Positions 47,085-60,014 of a stretch of 64,000 nucleotides of DNA are shown here, in pieces. The DNA lies in the NCBI GenBank assembly GCA_965644265.1, contig OZ286476.1, forward strand, positions 8,680,001-8,744,000, given 5' to 3'. The notes under the pieces are model-generated. The model made no database searches, had not been told where the DNA came from, and saw nothing but the letters and a program-made list of their open reading frames with translations. Each line of letters starts with the position of its first letter. Position 1 is the stretch's first letter. The DNA is from Glycera tridactyla (lineage: Eukaryota). The position numbers were made by a program, and so were the translations under genes.

Positions 47085-49979
47085 ATGCCAAAGAATTTAG
47101 AATTGGAGTCAGCAACAGACTTTTTGAAAATCCCTGGAATCAAGATTGCTTACCTTAACATTTGCAGTGTGGTGAGAAAGATTGATGATATTAGAGTGTT
47201 TTTGAATAGAAGTAAAATAGATGTACTCATTTTAAGAGAAAGTTTCTTGAACAATAGTATCATGAATTTAGAATTGTATATTCCTGGATATATATTGTAC
47301 AGGTTTGATAGGGATCTTGGACAAGGCAAGAGAGGAGGAGGTGGATTGTTGACTTATGTTAAAAAATCGAGAAATATGGATTATTTACTTGAATGGTCAG
47401 TATGTACTCCTGATGTTGAATATATGTGGTTTCGACTAAATCTGAAAGACACCAGACCAACGTATATATGTGGTTATTACCGGCCACCTGATGGAAATTT
47501 AGTAAATGCTATTGAATTGATTGATGACAAATATTCTGACATTTGTACTTTGGGTAATCATGATGCAATATTTTTAGGAGATTCCAATATTGATATGCTT
47601 TTAAAAAATAGAGCAAGAGGACATTTGGAATTATTTCTGAAAGACAATGGTCTAATCCAGACTATTGATATGCCTACAAGAGTTACTAGTAGAAGTAAAA
47701 CCCTGATTGATCACGTAATAGTGAGTAATACAGACCTTTATGCAAGAAGTGGTTTAATCGATATTGGAATCTCTGACCACTCTATGGTGTTCACAATTAG
47801 GAAAAAGGTCAAAGTAGCAAGAACAAGTCAATATAAAACTTTCCAGGATTATAGAAATGCTAACTTTGAGATGATAGCAGATGAAATTCAAAAACTTGAT
47901 TGGACTATTTTTTATGCTACTACTGAACTTGATTCCGCAATTGACTACCTATATTCCAGACTACAACCCATTTTTGATAAATTCATCCCAACAAAACGAG
48001 TGAACATCAGAGAGAATTGCCCTGGATGGATGACTGGTGAGTATCATTGTCTTATTGAGGACAGAGAGAAGGCTAGTAAGCTTAAGAGATTATTTCCTAA
48101 TGAAGAAAATTGCAAGAAAAAAGCTGATATTCAAAAGGAAGCAAAAAAGTTGAAAAATAAACTCCAGAGAACTTTTCTACGAAATAAACTTGAAGAAAAT
48201 GAGAATAATCCAAAAGGACTTTGGAAAGTATTGCGTGAATTTTGGCCTTCAAACAAGGATAACTCAGAGATCAGAAATATAAATGGGCACACTAACAATA
48301 ATGATATAGCAAATGAACTAAATTCCTTTTTTAGCACTGTGGGTTCTGAATTATCAAATAGAATAAAGGAAACAAATATTGATCCGGTTTCTTTTGTAGA
48401 TAAAAATGTAGTGAATACCTTCTCTCTGTTCAAAATAGACAATGATGCACTCCAACATATTGTTGATAAAATAAATGTAAAAAAAGCTGGCATGGATGAC
48501 TTACTCACGGCCAAACTTGTAAAGGGGGTTGGAGGAATTTTAATAGAACTTTTGACATTTATAGTTAATTCAAGTATTACTACAGGAAAATTCCCAACAA
48601 ATTGGAAATGTGCAACAATAAATCCTTTATTCAAGGATGGGTCCCGAAATGAGTCAAATAACTATAGACCAATAAGTTTACTTATCCCTGCTAGTAAAAT
48701 TTTAGAAAAGGTTGTCCAATCACAAATCACAGAACATTTTCGGAAATATGATCTACTGTGTGGGGAGCAATCAGGATTCAGGAAGAACCACTCCACTGGG
48801 ACCTGCATGATTGATTTCTTAGATAGAATATATACATCATTGGATAATGGTAAACCCAGTGGGGTGATCTTCTTGGATCTAAAAAAAGCTTTCGACACAG
48901 TGGATCATAAAATTTTGCTTAGAAAACTGGAAAAGTATGGTTTTGATGAAATGTCTAATTCTTGGCTCTACAGTTATTTGTCAGAAAGGTGTTGTTATAC
49001 CAGGGTGAATGGTGTGGTATCTGAAAAAAAGATTGTGAACTGTGGAGTTCCCCAGGGTTCTATCCTGGGGCCTCTCCTTTTCACAATCTATGTGAATGAT
49101 TTACCATCATATTTGAAAAATGCAAAGTGTAATCTTTATGCTGATGATACCGCTATAACTGTATGTAATGCGAATCCTAAGATACTTGAGAGCGCATTAA
49201 GGTCTAACCTACATCTGGTCTCTATTTGGCTAGCATCGAATAAATTATCATTGAATATTAGTAAAACAAAAATCATGATTTTTGGGACCAGATACATGGT
49301 TAAAAAATGTCAGGATATATCAGTAAAATTTGAGAACACGAAAATTGATAATGTTCCGGTTTTCAAGTATCTTGGGATGTATTTAGATAGCCATCTGACT
49401 TTTGATGATCATATCCATTATGTACGCAAGAAAACCATAGGCAAGATTAGGTTTCTAAGTAGATTACGTCCGATCTTGGATAAAAAAACAACCTTGATGC
49501 TCTATAGAAGCCTAATCTTGCCTATACTTGATTATTGCGATATTATTTATGATGGTACGAGTGCAAAAAATCAATTGAGTATTCAGCGAATACAAAATTA
49601 TGCTCTAAAAGTGATTGCAAGGAGACCCAAATTAACAAGTACCTTAGATGTTCATGCAGAATTGAATATTCCATTCCTAGGCCTAAGAAGGGAACATCAT
49701 ATCCTATATCAAACTTGTAAATTTCTGCAAGATGATACTCCAGATCATTTTAGAAGATTTTGTGAAAAAGAAATTCCCATACATGGATATGCCACTAGAC
49801 AAACATACAACAGTAAGACTCGACTGACAAAACCAAAAACAAGATTAAAATTGGCTGATAGGAATTTTACTGTAAGAGCAGCAGATATTTGGAACAAATA
49901 TAGTGAAGATCATGAGGAATTTGACCTAGAACCAATAGATATTTTTAGAAATAAATTGAAATCGTTTATTACAATCTAG
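47085..49979 (+). CDS. LINE ORF2: APE endonuclease and reverse transcriptase, 964 aa, intact
   Basis: EN: YLNICS, ESFL, RGGG, YRPP, LGDSN, LIDH, SDH. RT: NYRPISL, QSGFR, FLDLKKAFD, GVPQGSILGP, YADD, FKYLG. No stops or frameshifts. Confidence 0.96.
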   Translation: MPKNLELESATDFLKIPGIKIAYLNICSVVRKIDDIRVFLNRSKIDVLILRESFLNNSIMNLELYIPGYILYRFDRDLGQGKRGGGGLLTYVKKSRNMDYLLEWSVCTPDVEYMWFRLNLKDTRPTYICGYYRPPDGNLVNAIELIDDKYSDICTLGNHDAIFLGDSNIDMLLKNRARGHLELFLKDNGLIQTIDMPTRVTSRSKTLIDHVIVSNTDLYARSGLIDIGISDHSMVFTIRKKVKVARTSQYKTFQDYRNANFEMIADEIQKLDWTIFYATTELDSAIDYLYSRLQPIFDKFIPTKRVNIRENCPGWMTGEYHCLIEDREKASKLKRLFPNEENCKKKADIQKEAKKLKNKLQRTFLRNKLEENENNPKGLWKVLREFWPSNKDNSEIRNINGHTNNNDIANELNSFFSTVGSELSNRIKETNIDPVSFVDKNVVNTFSLFKIDNDALQHIVDKINVKKAGMDDLLTAKLVKGVGGILIELLTFIVNSSITTGKFPTNWKCATINPLFKDGSRNESNNYRPISLLIPASKILEKVVQSQITEHFRKYDLLCGEQSGFRKNHSTGTCMIDFLDRIYTSLDNGKPSGVIFLDLKKAFDTVDHKILLRKLEKYGFDEMSNSWLYSYLSERCCYTRVNGVVSEKKIVNCGVPQGSILGPLLFTIYVNDLPSYLKNAKCNLYADDTAITVCNANPKILESALRSNLHLVSIWLASNKLSLNISKTKIMIFGTRYMVKKCQDISVKFENTKIDNVPVFKYLGMYLDSHLTFDDHIHYVRKKTIGKIRFLSRLRPILDKKTTLMLYRSLILPILDYCDIIYDGTSAKNQLSIQRIQNYALKVIARRPKLTSTLDVHAELNIPFLGLRREHHILYQTCKFLQDDTPDHFRRFCEKEIPIHGYATRQTYNSKTRLTKPKTRLKLADRNFTVRAADIWNKYSEDHEEFDLEPIDIFRNKLKSFITI

Positions 49980-51279
49980 AAATGTTATGAGCTATTAATC
50001 TTGATTTTCATTTAATTTTTAAAATTTGTAATATGTTTATAACCATAGACTTGGTATTAGAATTTGCATTTACACATTCACCTATTGTGTCTCTTTCCTT
50101 CATTTTGTTTCAATCTTGATCATGTCATATATAGTTTTTAAAAAAATTTTTTAAGGGAACTCATGAATGTATTGGGTGCATTATGAAATTGGCAATAGAT
50201 GACGTATAGTCTTTGACCTTATATTCAAATTGACAACATTATTCTATAATTATGTGCTGTTACTAACACATTTTATGTTTTTCTACTAACGAAGTACCGG
50301 ATAAGGTTGCATTAATTGCAGCTAATTGTATTTTTCGTTGCAAAATAAAGTTTATTACAATTACAATTACAATTGCGAGCAGCACTTTTGATCTTACATC
50401 GTATGAGCCACGACATCGTAGTCCATACCCTTCCCGCTATATACCACAAAGACAGCTACCAAAATTCGCCCAATTCGCTAGTGGTCATTGTGGTTGTTGG
50501 GTTCAGTTTACGACTGACCTTCGATTGTGGTTGTTTGTTGTGGCTGTGGATTTCTTTCATCAGATGTGGTTGTTCTTCTTGACTTCCTTGTCAATGAAAG
50601 TGGTCAATTGTTTGTTTATATCCAATGTGGCTTTATGTTGCTTATTGAAGCTGTTGCTTTTTCTCGACCTGTGATAGTCCTAATATTGAAGCAAGCGAGG
50701 GTACTGCCTTCTTGGAGTCAATAACCATTGGTAATATATACGGTGATAGTTTTTTTCTTTCAACAAACCTCGTTTTCAGGTGTGGATCCGCCACTTCATC
50801 TCCCTGATGACGAGATCAGTTTGAACGATGAATGAAGGACATTCTTCATCCATCCCGAGAATTAGAACGCACAACTCACAAAAGTCTTGTTTGGTTTCTC
50901 CCTCTTTCACTGGTGTGGTTCCAACTCAAAATGAGTGAAACAATTACTTTAAAATGTAGGGGATAACACTTGACGTTGGCGGGTGACTTGAGATACGTTG
51001 CAGACAAATCCATTTACAGCTACACGGACGAGCCTCCTTGCTCAGTGTGCATTTAATCGCAATAGCAGATGGTCTTAAATGCAATCACAAGTGGAATCTT
51101 AGTACAAACATGAGCATTCCTACCCGAGATAACAGCAGGGAGAACAGATCTCTTGTTTGTTCGTTTGTATACTTTAATCTTCATCTCATGGTACAGTCAG
51201 TTGTTGGTTGTGAACGACCGTCTCCATTATTTCGTTGTAGAAAATAACAACAGCACATATTGTTAGTACATACAGTAAT

Positions 51280-51360
51280 ATTGATAATAGTGATATTATC
51301 AATAATAATAATGATAATAATAATAATAGTGATAGTTATGATAATGATGATTGTGATTAT
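51280..51360. repeat. (AAT/GAT)n microsatellite
   Basis: Visible directly. Confidence 0.8.
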
Positions 51361-54300
51361 AAGATAAAGAGAGTCTTATAATCCAAAATTCTGGATATTA
51401 CCTTTTTCCAATAGATGAATATCTGAGAAGGTATTGTAGGTTCAATTCATTTGCCTATAATTACCCACTTCTATCAGTGTCTTCCAGAATAATTCCGTGA
51501 ATGGCAAGAATTGACAAAGCTTTCGAAATAACTACAGTAAAATTGTGATTGGACAACAGTTTAGCCATTATCAAAATGCAAAAGGTTTTCAGTTCCGTCT
51601 CGAAGGCATCAATCGGCAATCCATCAAAGCGTAATGCTCTGACATTCCTACTGGCCAGATATGCAACATGTCGGTCAAAACTTTTGAGCACCCGGAACCG
51701 GAAGTCTGCCGTGTGCTCCTGATCAACGAGGGCTAGATTTTCTCTTCCCCGCAGGCATCACTCTCACAAACCCCGAATACAAGTTAATGGGAAGCAAAGA
51801 GGTAGAGATGTAGTGGCTGGAAATACAGACAAACCTGTACCAATTTCACATGAACATATTGCAGCTGATGATTCCATATCCATTTAACTTTCCGGAAAAA
51901 TGATCCTCGGCCTGATATCAATTTTCCTCTCAGCAATGTGCAGCACTTGGATGAAGGAAAGACATAGCGTAAGATGATTTTCTCAAATAACCCACATGTA
52001 TACAGTGATAGATAATTAGCATATGGCAAGCCGACTCCCACACATTTAGGTAGCCATCTACTGCTAGAGTCAATCGAAAGAAACACACCGTATGCTCACC
52101 ATATCGCGAAGATATGTATCATCATCAACGAAATGGTGTATTATTTATCATAGCTGGCCTTATTATGCAGTTCGCGTGGTGGTTATTCAGGGTGAAATCC
52201 TGTAATACCCAACCACCTAATGACCATAGAATACGAGTAGAAGAATGTGATATCCTTATTGCAACATCCCCATTATCTGGCGAATTATTGACAAGATGGG
52301 CGTTCCTACGTTGCAGCGTAATAAAAACGACACCATTGGTTACATCCGATTGATCCTATAGGACCATCATCAGCTCAGAGCCACAGTCCTACTGAAATTC
52401 GCCTCATTCAAGAAATGTATAACTCGTGATATTCAACTCGCTTATCCTGAATTAATACATGGCAGCCGTTGGTAAAACTGGTGATGAGATGAGATGGGAA
52501 ATTCTGAAAAATTTACTAAAGAGAAAAGGGGCCATGTTAGAAAGCGGAATAATCTAAATCATCCGTTTCTTCGGTAACCAGTAGAATGTATCCACATTCA
52601 GATTATGCAAGAACCAGGACCGTTTCACCAGTTCCCAAGTGATTCACGCACTTTCACTCAATCCATAAAAATGCCAGTTCCAGGTTGATTAAACTATGTC
52701 GTGTATCCTGATCATCTTGCATACATTGTCTGTCATTGTCGTTCCACCAATTGGGGTTTTAGATACGCAGATGATACATAAAACACCATATATCTTTTTG
52801 AAGGGCACACATGACCCCTATATTGACAGTTTGGGAACGTATCAGTAACCATAGTTTTCGACCTGCTGCCATGACATTGAAATGAAGGATACTACTCATG
52901 TGTAACCATGTTGGCATGAAATCAGATTTCAGCATAATTTTAGTTAACACAATTTTAGTGAGTACATATCTCACAAAAGCCAATATCAGATTGGATTTCC
53001 ATGTTTTGTGTAGCTAGCAAGCTCACAATTTTACAATAAAAGAATTATGGCTCCCGGAAGACGAAAACTTTCAATTCGGATCGACTTATGAATATTCAAT
53101 AATCTTGCTCCACGCTATTGGTTGCTACGAGCGCCAAGGGGTGGAGCATATACTAATCAGCTAGTACAAAACCGAGGAGCACGCCGAAATCCGGCGAGGT
53201 GACACCGATAGGACACCAAGTTCTCTTCCTTCAAAAGGGTTGATTTTCAAAAGAAACTCTTCGTGGTTTCCTACATTGGGCAGAGCCCTCTTGCTAATGT
53301 TTTTTCTAAAAACATTTTATAAAATCATTATTGTAAAAAGCATACATCCGGAAGATTCCTCCTCGTCACTTGCCAAGCCACTGTTGCAACTTACTGGAGT
53401 TATGAATAGACGGTCTTCTTTAGGACTGGATCTTCTACATTCCTTGACGTTTCAATATAGCCATCATTACCATCTATCTTAAACATGGATCACGAGACCC
53501 AACTAAGATTGTGCCAACCAATTGGGGAGAGGCAGCATCGATCAAGTGATAGACTACCCAACGCGATCCTCTTCGATCTTCACTGGTCTTGCGCAGGATC
53601 AAAACAGCCCAAAACTAAATATATCTTTTCATGTGGTTGTTATAGCAACGTTTCCAGGAGTGCTTGCAGCAACGAGATGATCTCTATGCTGAATACCCAA
53701 GAGCCGATCTTTAACCATATGTATGGGTTTCTGTATCGCATCTTGGAAATATCAACATCTCAAGAGCCGATTCCAATGAATATGATAAACATGAGGAAAT
53801 CCACGGAAATTGACGCATGTAACGGATGATATATGTATTCATGGCAATTATGTTTGAACTGCTGGGATAACAATGGTGCATACATTAGTGATAATGCCAT
53901 GAGGAATGGCATGCTGGCGCTTTCCTTGATTGAATTCAAATTTCCGACTAATTAACTTATCCAGCTAGCAGAGACAGTGTAAAAATATATACATAACGAC
54001 AAAATGGAAATATTTGTGAGAACTCACATGTGCTGATGAAACAGCCTTGATCCTATCATCCCACATAGACCGCGTTCATACACCAGAAATATAAGTAATG
54101 TCTGAATCCTTCAATTTCTGGCTAAACAGAGGCATGGTCGATTGCTATCATTCACTAAAGTAAACAAAATTGCAAGTATGAATACAACAAGTCTACTGTG
54201 GTGATATCATCAGACTCATCACGCAGAGTGGTCTTTGTGTGCAGGTGGTATCCTTATAGGGGTGGTTTAGAACAGGTTCATTTGTGTACACCAGCAAGAT

Positions 54301-54538
54301 TGGTTCAATGCTCCAACTTTGATGAGGGGTTCATGAATTCGACTGATCTTATCCTATGATCACATTTNNNNNNNNNNNNNNNNNNNNNNNNNNNNNNNNN
54401 NNNNNNNNNNNNNNNNNNNNNNNNNNNNNNNNNNNNNNNNNNNNNNNNNNNNNNNNNNNNNNNNNNNNNNNNNNNNNNNNNNNNNNNNNNNNNNNNNNNN
54501 NNNNNNNNNNNNNNNNNNNNNNNNNNNNNNNNNNNNNN

Positions 54539-54636
54539 CGTCATCATCTTCGTCATCATCACCATCATCATCATCATCGTCGTCGTTGTCTTCGTCGTCG
54601 TCGTCGTCGTCGTCGTCATCGTCGTCATCATCGTCA
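54539..54636. repeat. (CGT/CAT)n microsatellite island between N-runs
   Basis: Visible directly. Confidence 0.9.
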
Positions 54637-55568
54637 NNNNNNNNNNNNNNNNNNNNNNNNNNNNNNNNNNNNNNNNNNNNNNNNNNNNNNNNNNNNNNNN
54701 NNNNNNNNNNNNNNNNNNNNNNNNNNNNNNNNNNNNNNNNNNNNNNNNNNNNNNNNNNNNNNNNNNNNNNNNNNNNNNNNNNNNNNNNNNNNNNNACGTC
54801 ATCGTTTTGTCATCGTTTCGCTCGATTCTGACAGCCATAGTCACCTGCTGTGTTTCTGAAGCACTCGAATGACTATGTCCGGAATTCTGCCAATTGAAAG
54901 CCTATGATAAAGAATAACCCGTCATATAATTTCAGAAATGTCGTGTCCAAATTACTCTTGTCAGTTCAAGATTGTGTCAACCAGTTTAGCTGACAGTTTT
55001 CACTTTGTGTCTTCTTAATTGTATCAGACGGTAACATTATTTGAAACGTGACAGACTTATTTCAAAATCAGGACAATGACATGTATGATGCTTGAAGATA
55101 CAAGAATATTGTGTAGGTATCTATGAAAAATATCGAATCTTCGCCTGTCGGCACAATCACCTCTCAATTCCTTTGTTTCCATTGTCTGTGCTCGGCCTAT
55201 GAGATGCTTTCATCGGAGTGTCTTCTGAGAAAGATCACATCACTGCATACTCTTTGTGGCGATATCTCAATCACATTCAGTCCGAGCGTGCTTTGATCTA
55301 ATAGTGGTCTGGTTTTTATAAACTTCACATAATGAGATGAGAGCTGACCTATCCGTCATACTCAGATAGGCCATCGGTTCATCCAGATTCATATAAGACA
55401 CACAGAGGTGTGTCTGTACTCACAGCTACTCACATTTGACAATCTTCTTGGTTGCCCGTCATCTTGTGATGCCCGCAGGGTCACAGCATCGAGCCTTCGG
55501 TGATCTAGTGTATACGGCATACTTGACTGTTTGCACTGATGCATGCCGTCGAACCCCAGAACTCAATT

Positions 55569-56603
55569 CTCATATGTTCAGTCCACACTTACAGTAGTGT
55601 CTGTTACATTCCAGTTGTCATTGTCATCAGAGGACCGATACGGAGATGAATGTTGGTCACACATTGCCAGTAGTTTCTATTCCATTCCAGTTGTCATTTT
55701 CAGGGGAAGAACAGTACAGAGATGAATGTTGGTCACACATTGCCAGTAGTTTCTGTTCCATTCCAGTTGTCATTTTCAGGGGAAGAACAGTACAGAGATG
55801 AATGTTGGTCACACATTGCCAGTAGTTTCTGTTCCATTCCAGTTGTCATGGTCAGGAAGAGAACAGTACATAGATGAATGTTGGTCACACATTGCCAGTA
55901 GTTTCTGTTCCATTCCAGTTATCATTGTCAGGGGAAGAGCTGTACGGAGATGAATGTTGGTCACAAATTGCCAGTATTTCCTGTTCTGTTCCAGTTTTTA
56001 TTGTCAGGGGTAGAACGGTACGGAGATGAATGCTGGTCACACATTGCCAGTAGTTTCTGTTCCATTCCAGTTATCATTGTCAGGAGAAGAACGATACAGA
56101 AATGAATGTTGGTCACACATTCCCAGTAGTTTCTGTTCCAGTTCAGTTGTCATTGTCAGGGGAAGAGCTGTACGGAGATGAATGTTGGTCACAAATTGCC
56201 AGTATTTCCTGTTCCGTTCCAGTTGTCATTGTCAGGGGAAGAACGATACGGAGATGAATGCTGGTCACACATTGCCAGTAGTTTCTGTTCCGTTCCAGTT
56301 GTCATTGTCGAGGAGGAACAGTACAGAGATGAATGATGGTCACACATTGCCAGTAGTTTCTGTTCCATTCCAGTTGTCATTGTCAGGTGAAGAACGGTAT
56401 GGAGATGAATGTTGGTCCACATTGCCAGTAGTTTCTGTTCCATTCCAGTTGTCATTGTCAGGAGAAGAACGATACGGATATGAATGTTGGTCACACATTG
56501 CCAGTAAGTTCGGTTTCATTCCAGTAGTCATTGTCAGAAGAGGAACTGTGCAGAGATGAATGTTGGTCACACATTGCCAGTAGTTTCAGAACGGTACAGA
56601 GAT
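55569..56603. repeat. 76-bp minisatellite, ~13 copies
   Basis: Unit gagatgaatgttggtcacacattgccagtagtttctgttccattccagttgtcattgtcaggggaagaacagtaca; the period was checked at 55645, 55721 and 55797. Confidence 0.95.
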
Positions 56604-58105
56604 AAGGGCCGCAACGACCAGACATACCTTCCAGGCAATATCTGCACAAACCCCAACGATGTATGATTCTTTATTGAGATGATTCGATATAGAAAGGCTA
56701 CATTAGGATAGTTGGCAGAAATAAGCACTCATTCATGGTTTTATCACCAAGTGAAGAGGTGCTTACAAAGATCTAAAAAAGGAGATAAAATTCTCTTGAA
56801 GTTATTCCCTCCCCTGATGGAGATTTTAAGGGAATTTCATGACGCTGGACCACGGTATGAAATGTATGTCTTATCAACTCATTCGGCGAAGCTCCGAAAA
56901 CTGTAGTTCGGTAGAGAAAAGTTTCGACCATCACCGCATACAATCAAGTGTTGCAACTCATGGTAGAGTGAAGGCGCGACATTGTGAACATTATCTGGGT
57001 GTTTCAATCACAAAATATCATATCTCACTGATCGTCACGTCTCTCATGCGGACCATGAGACCATTTATGGCTGAATGACATATTCATCTCGTTTTTTCTC
57101 CGGCATGAGCCTCGGATTCCTTCGTCCATGAAAATATCATTAATCAGTCCGTTTTACGGCAGATAGGGATTAGTTTTACGACTTAGCTTCATCCATGTAT
57201 CTGTATCATCGGCGTCAATTGATATTCATTGTTGGCCTCTGCATCTACATACATCAGAAGTGCGCTTAGACCATTCTCTTCTGATAATCAATCAAGGAAG
57301 ATCATAAGAGAGCTGCTCCAATTTCATTGAATTCAATTCATTTTCGCAGTCTTTTCCATGACCTTTTCTCGACCACACTGCGATCAAGAGAGCAAATTTG
57401 AAGAATCACTCTCCCTAAAATGAATCCATATTCCGAAATTTGTGTAAGTCGAAAAATAATTAACGCCCAGAACTGGGCAACTAGGCTTTTTGGGGCACAA
57501 ATTTTCGTTGTATGAATTTCTAATCTCATACGTGCCATGTGAGTGACTACATTAGTCTTAATGAGGTTTGCTTTACAGAATAGTATATACATATGCATTT
57601 GCAAAGCAATCTCGTAAAAATTAGGGGGGAGGGTTGTCGATGAAGTCGAAAGTGTGTACTCAGTGAATCTAACAATTCATCGGGTGAAGAATACATACTC
57701 GCCCAATGAGAGTGGTATTTCATTCAAACTCACTCTCCTGAAATTCAAATCGATACACCCGCAGCAATGGGCCTTTGGAACAAATTTGAGGAGCTCCTGC
57801 CGTCTTTGGCTGCCAATAACGAGCTGATATAATTGATCCAAAAAAAAATCTGGATCATGACAATTATTCTATATTCTTGTTGCTGCTTCTATGTAGAACG
57901 ACCAATGAAGCGTCTANNNNNNNNNNNNNNNNNNNNNNNNNNNNNNNNNNNNNNNNNNNNNNNNNNNNNNNNNNNNNNNNNNNNNNNNNNNNNNNNNNNN
58001 NNNNNNNNNNNNNNNNNNNNNNNNNNNNNNNNNNNNNNNNNNNNNNNNNNNNNNNNNNNNNNNNNNNNNNNNNNNNNNNNNNNNNNNNNNNNNNNNNNNN
58101 NNNNN

Positions 58106-58275
58106 ACAAACACAAACACACACACATAAACAAACACATACACATACACTGAGTAGCATTTACACGAACGCACACACATACACACACACACATACACACA
58201 CATACACATACCCTGAGTAGCATATACACAAACACAAACACACACACACATACACTATCACAAACATACACACAC
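58106..58275. repeat. (CA)n compound microsatellite
   Basis: Visible directly. Confidence 0.9.
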
Positions 58276-58399
58276 TGATACCCACATTCCGAAAAGGTTT
58301 GGGGACGGACACTCCCCATCAGTGCCTATGTCAGTCAGCTGACGAAAGAAACTCTATATCCACCAAGTATGATGTTAACCCATGTGTGGACAGCGCCTG

Positions 58400-58570
58400 C
58401 ACCGGATGATGTGGCACCCACACGCCACAACCCGCTACCGACACACAACCTCACCCTAGCCTCAAACCAATACGAGCAAAGTGTCGGTAGAAAATCTGAT
58501 GGTTTTCCTTCCAAACTTTCATTCCACAGAAGCATCGACAGATGGAATTCTACATGCCCGCATGGCCAAA
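58400..58570 (+). mobile_element. Possible C-terminal LINE ORF2 remnant
   Basis: KLSFHRSIDRWNST loosely resembles the KxSFFPRTIxxWNxL terminal motif. Weak. Confidence 0.25.
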
Positions 58571-59217
58571 CAGGATACGAACAAAGATATGATGAGGATG
58601 ACAGCAAAAAGGACAACACAAACCCGATGAGAAAATAGAGAACCCCTAAACGAACACGAGACATAGTGGGTCATGTGTCATGTTGACGCAAAGAGTAGGA
58701 AAGCGAATATCGGAAATGTGGGCTTGATTGTGATAAGTAGGGATGGAGGAGAAAAGAAGGTCAATCCACCTCCCACCACTGAAAGAGAGGTATCCAACAC
58801 AGTGTGGAATAGCACGTGATACTCTCTGAATACTGGAGCTTTGCTGAACTGATTTTTGGAGACTTTGCCCCGCATGCCCCGCACTGGTAATATCACTAGA
58901 TTCATACATTGCACATTTACCTTAAATTGTGCATTATTGAGCATCATCGAGTGATTGTTGAAATATCTAGATCTGATTAGATGTTTCAGAACGAGAATAC
59001 ATTTCAAGTGAATTGTGATAATGACAAGCCACGGCTCTCGCAAAAAGTGTCACTGTTCATTTGAAATGGTCTCTTCATACCTGCACAGTCAAGACCTCGT
59101 GAGAAAAAAGGGCTTCTAAGAGGAATATGATTTTTTCATCCTGATTTTCAAGAGGTAGGGCTTTCACACCTCGGATGCATCTTGTGTGGGTTTTTTTGTG
59201 GGTGTAGCTACGACAAA

Positions 59218-60014
59218 ATGGAGGTAACGCTATCGATGGATGATGCAAAAGAGGGGAGAACAAGATGGCGGCATCTGTTCAGCATGGAGGTAACGCTATC
59301 GATGGATGACACAAGGGAGGGGAGATCAAGATGGCGGCATCTGTTCAGCATGGAGATAACGCTATCGATGGATGACACAATAGAGAGGAGATCAAGATGG
59401 TGGCATCTGTTCAGCATGGAGATAACGCTATCGATGGATTACACAATAGAGAGGAGATCAAGATGGTGGCATCTGTTCAGCATGGAGATAACGCTATCGA
59501 TGGATTACACAAGAGAGGGGAGATCAAGATGGCGGCATCTGTTCAGCATGGAGGTAACGCTATCGATGGTTGACACTAGAGAGGGGAGGTTAATATGATG
59601 GCATCTGTTCAGCATGGAGGTGACGCTATCGATGGTTGACACAAGAGAGAGGAGATCAAGATGGCGGCATCTGTTCAGCATGGAGGTAACGCTTTCAATG
59701 GATGACACAATAGAGAGGAGATCAAGATGGTGGCGTCTGTTCAGCATGGAGATAACGCTTTCAGCGGATGACACAAGAGAGGGGAGGTCAAGATTGCGGC
59801 ATCTGTTTAGCATGGAGGTAACGCTATCGACGGATGACACAAGAGAGGGGAGATCAAGATGGTGGCATCTGTTCAGCATGGAGGTAACGCTATCGATGGA
59901 TGACACAAGAGAGGGGAGATTAACATGATGGTATCTGTTCAGCGTGGAGGTAACGTCATCGATAGATGACACAAGAGAGGGGGAGATCGAGATGGCAGGA
60001 TCTGTTCAGCATGA
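59218..60014. repeat. 66-bp minisatellite, 12 copies
   Basis: Unit atggaggtaacgctatcgatggatgacacaagagaggggagatcaagatggcggcatctgttcagc. Confidence 0.95.

Larger units (their letters stand above)
42550..50374 (+). mobile_element. Apparently full-length CR1/L2-group LINE with three ORFs; 5' boundary approximate
   Basis: Co-oriented ORF1, esterase and APE-RT ORFs, a ~390-bp 3' UTR, AATAAA (50344-50349) and an (ATTACA)3ATT tail (50354-50374). No target-site duplication found. Confidence 0.88.

Noticed and set aside
50780-50840. CTGATGA as a hammerhead ribozyme core
   Set aside because: No stem II followed by GAAA. Other plus-strand CTGANGA sites I checked also failed.
59182-59972. 22-aa repeat ORFs on both strands, superficially LRR-like
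   Set aside because: A 66-bp unit keeps frames open by construction. Variant units introduce stops on both strands, and there is no LxxLxLxxN consensus.
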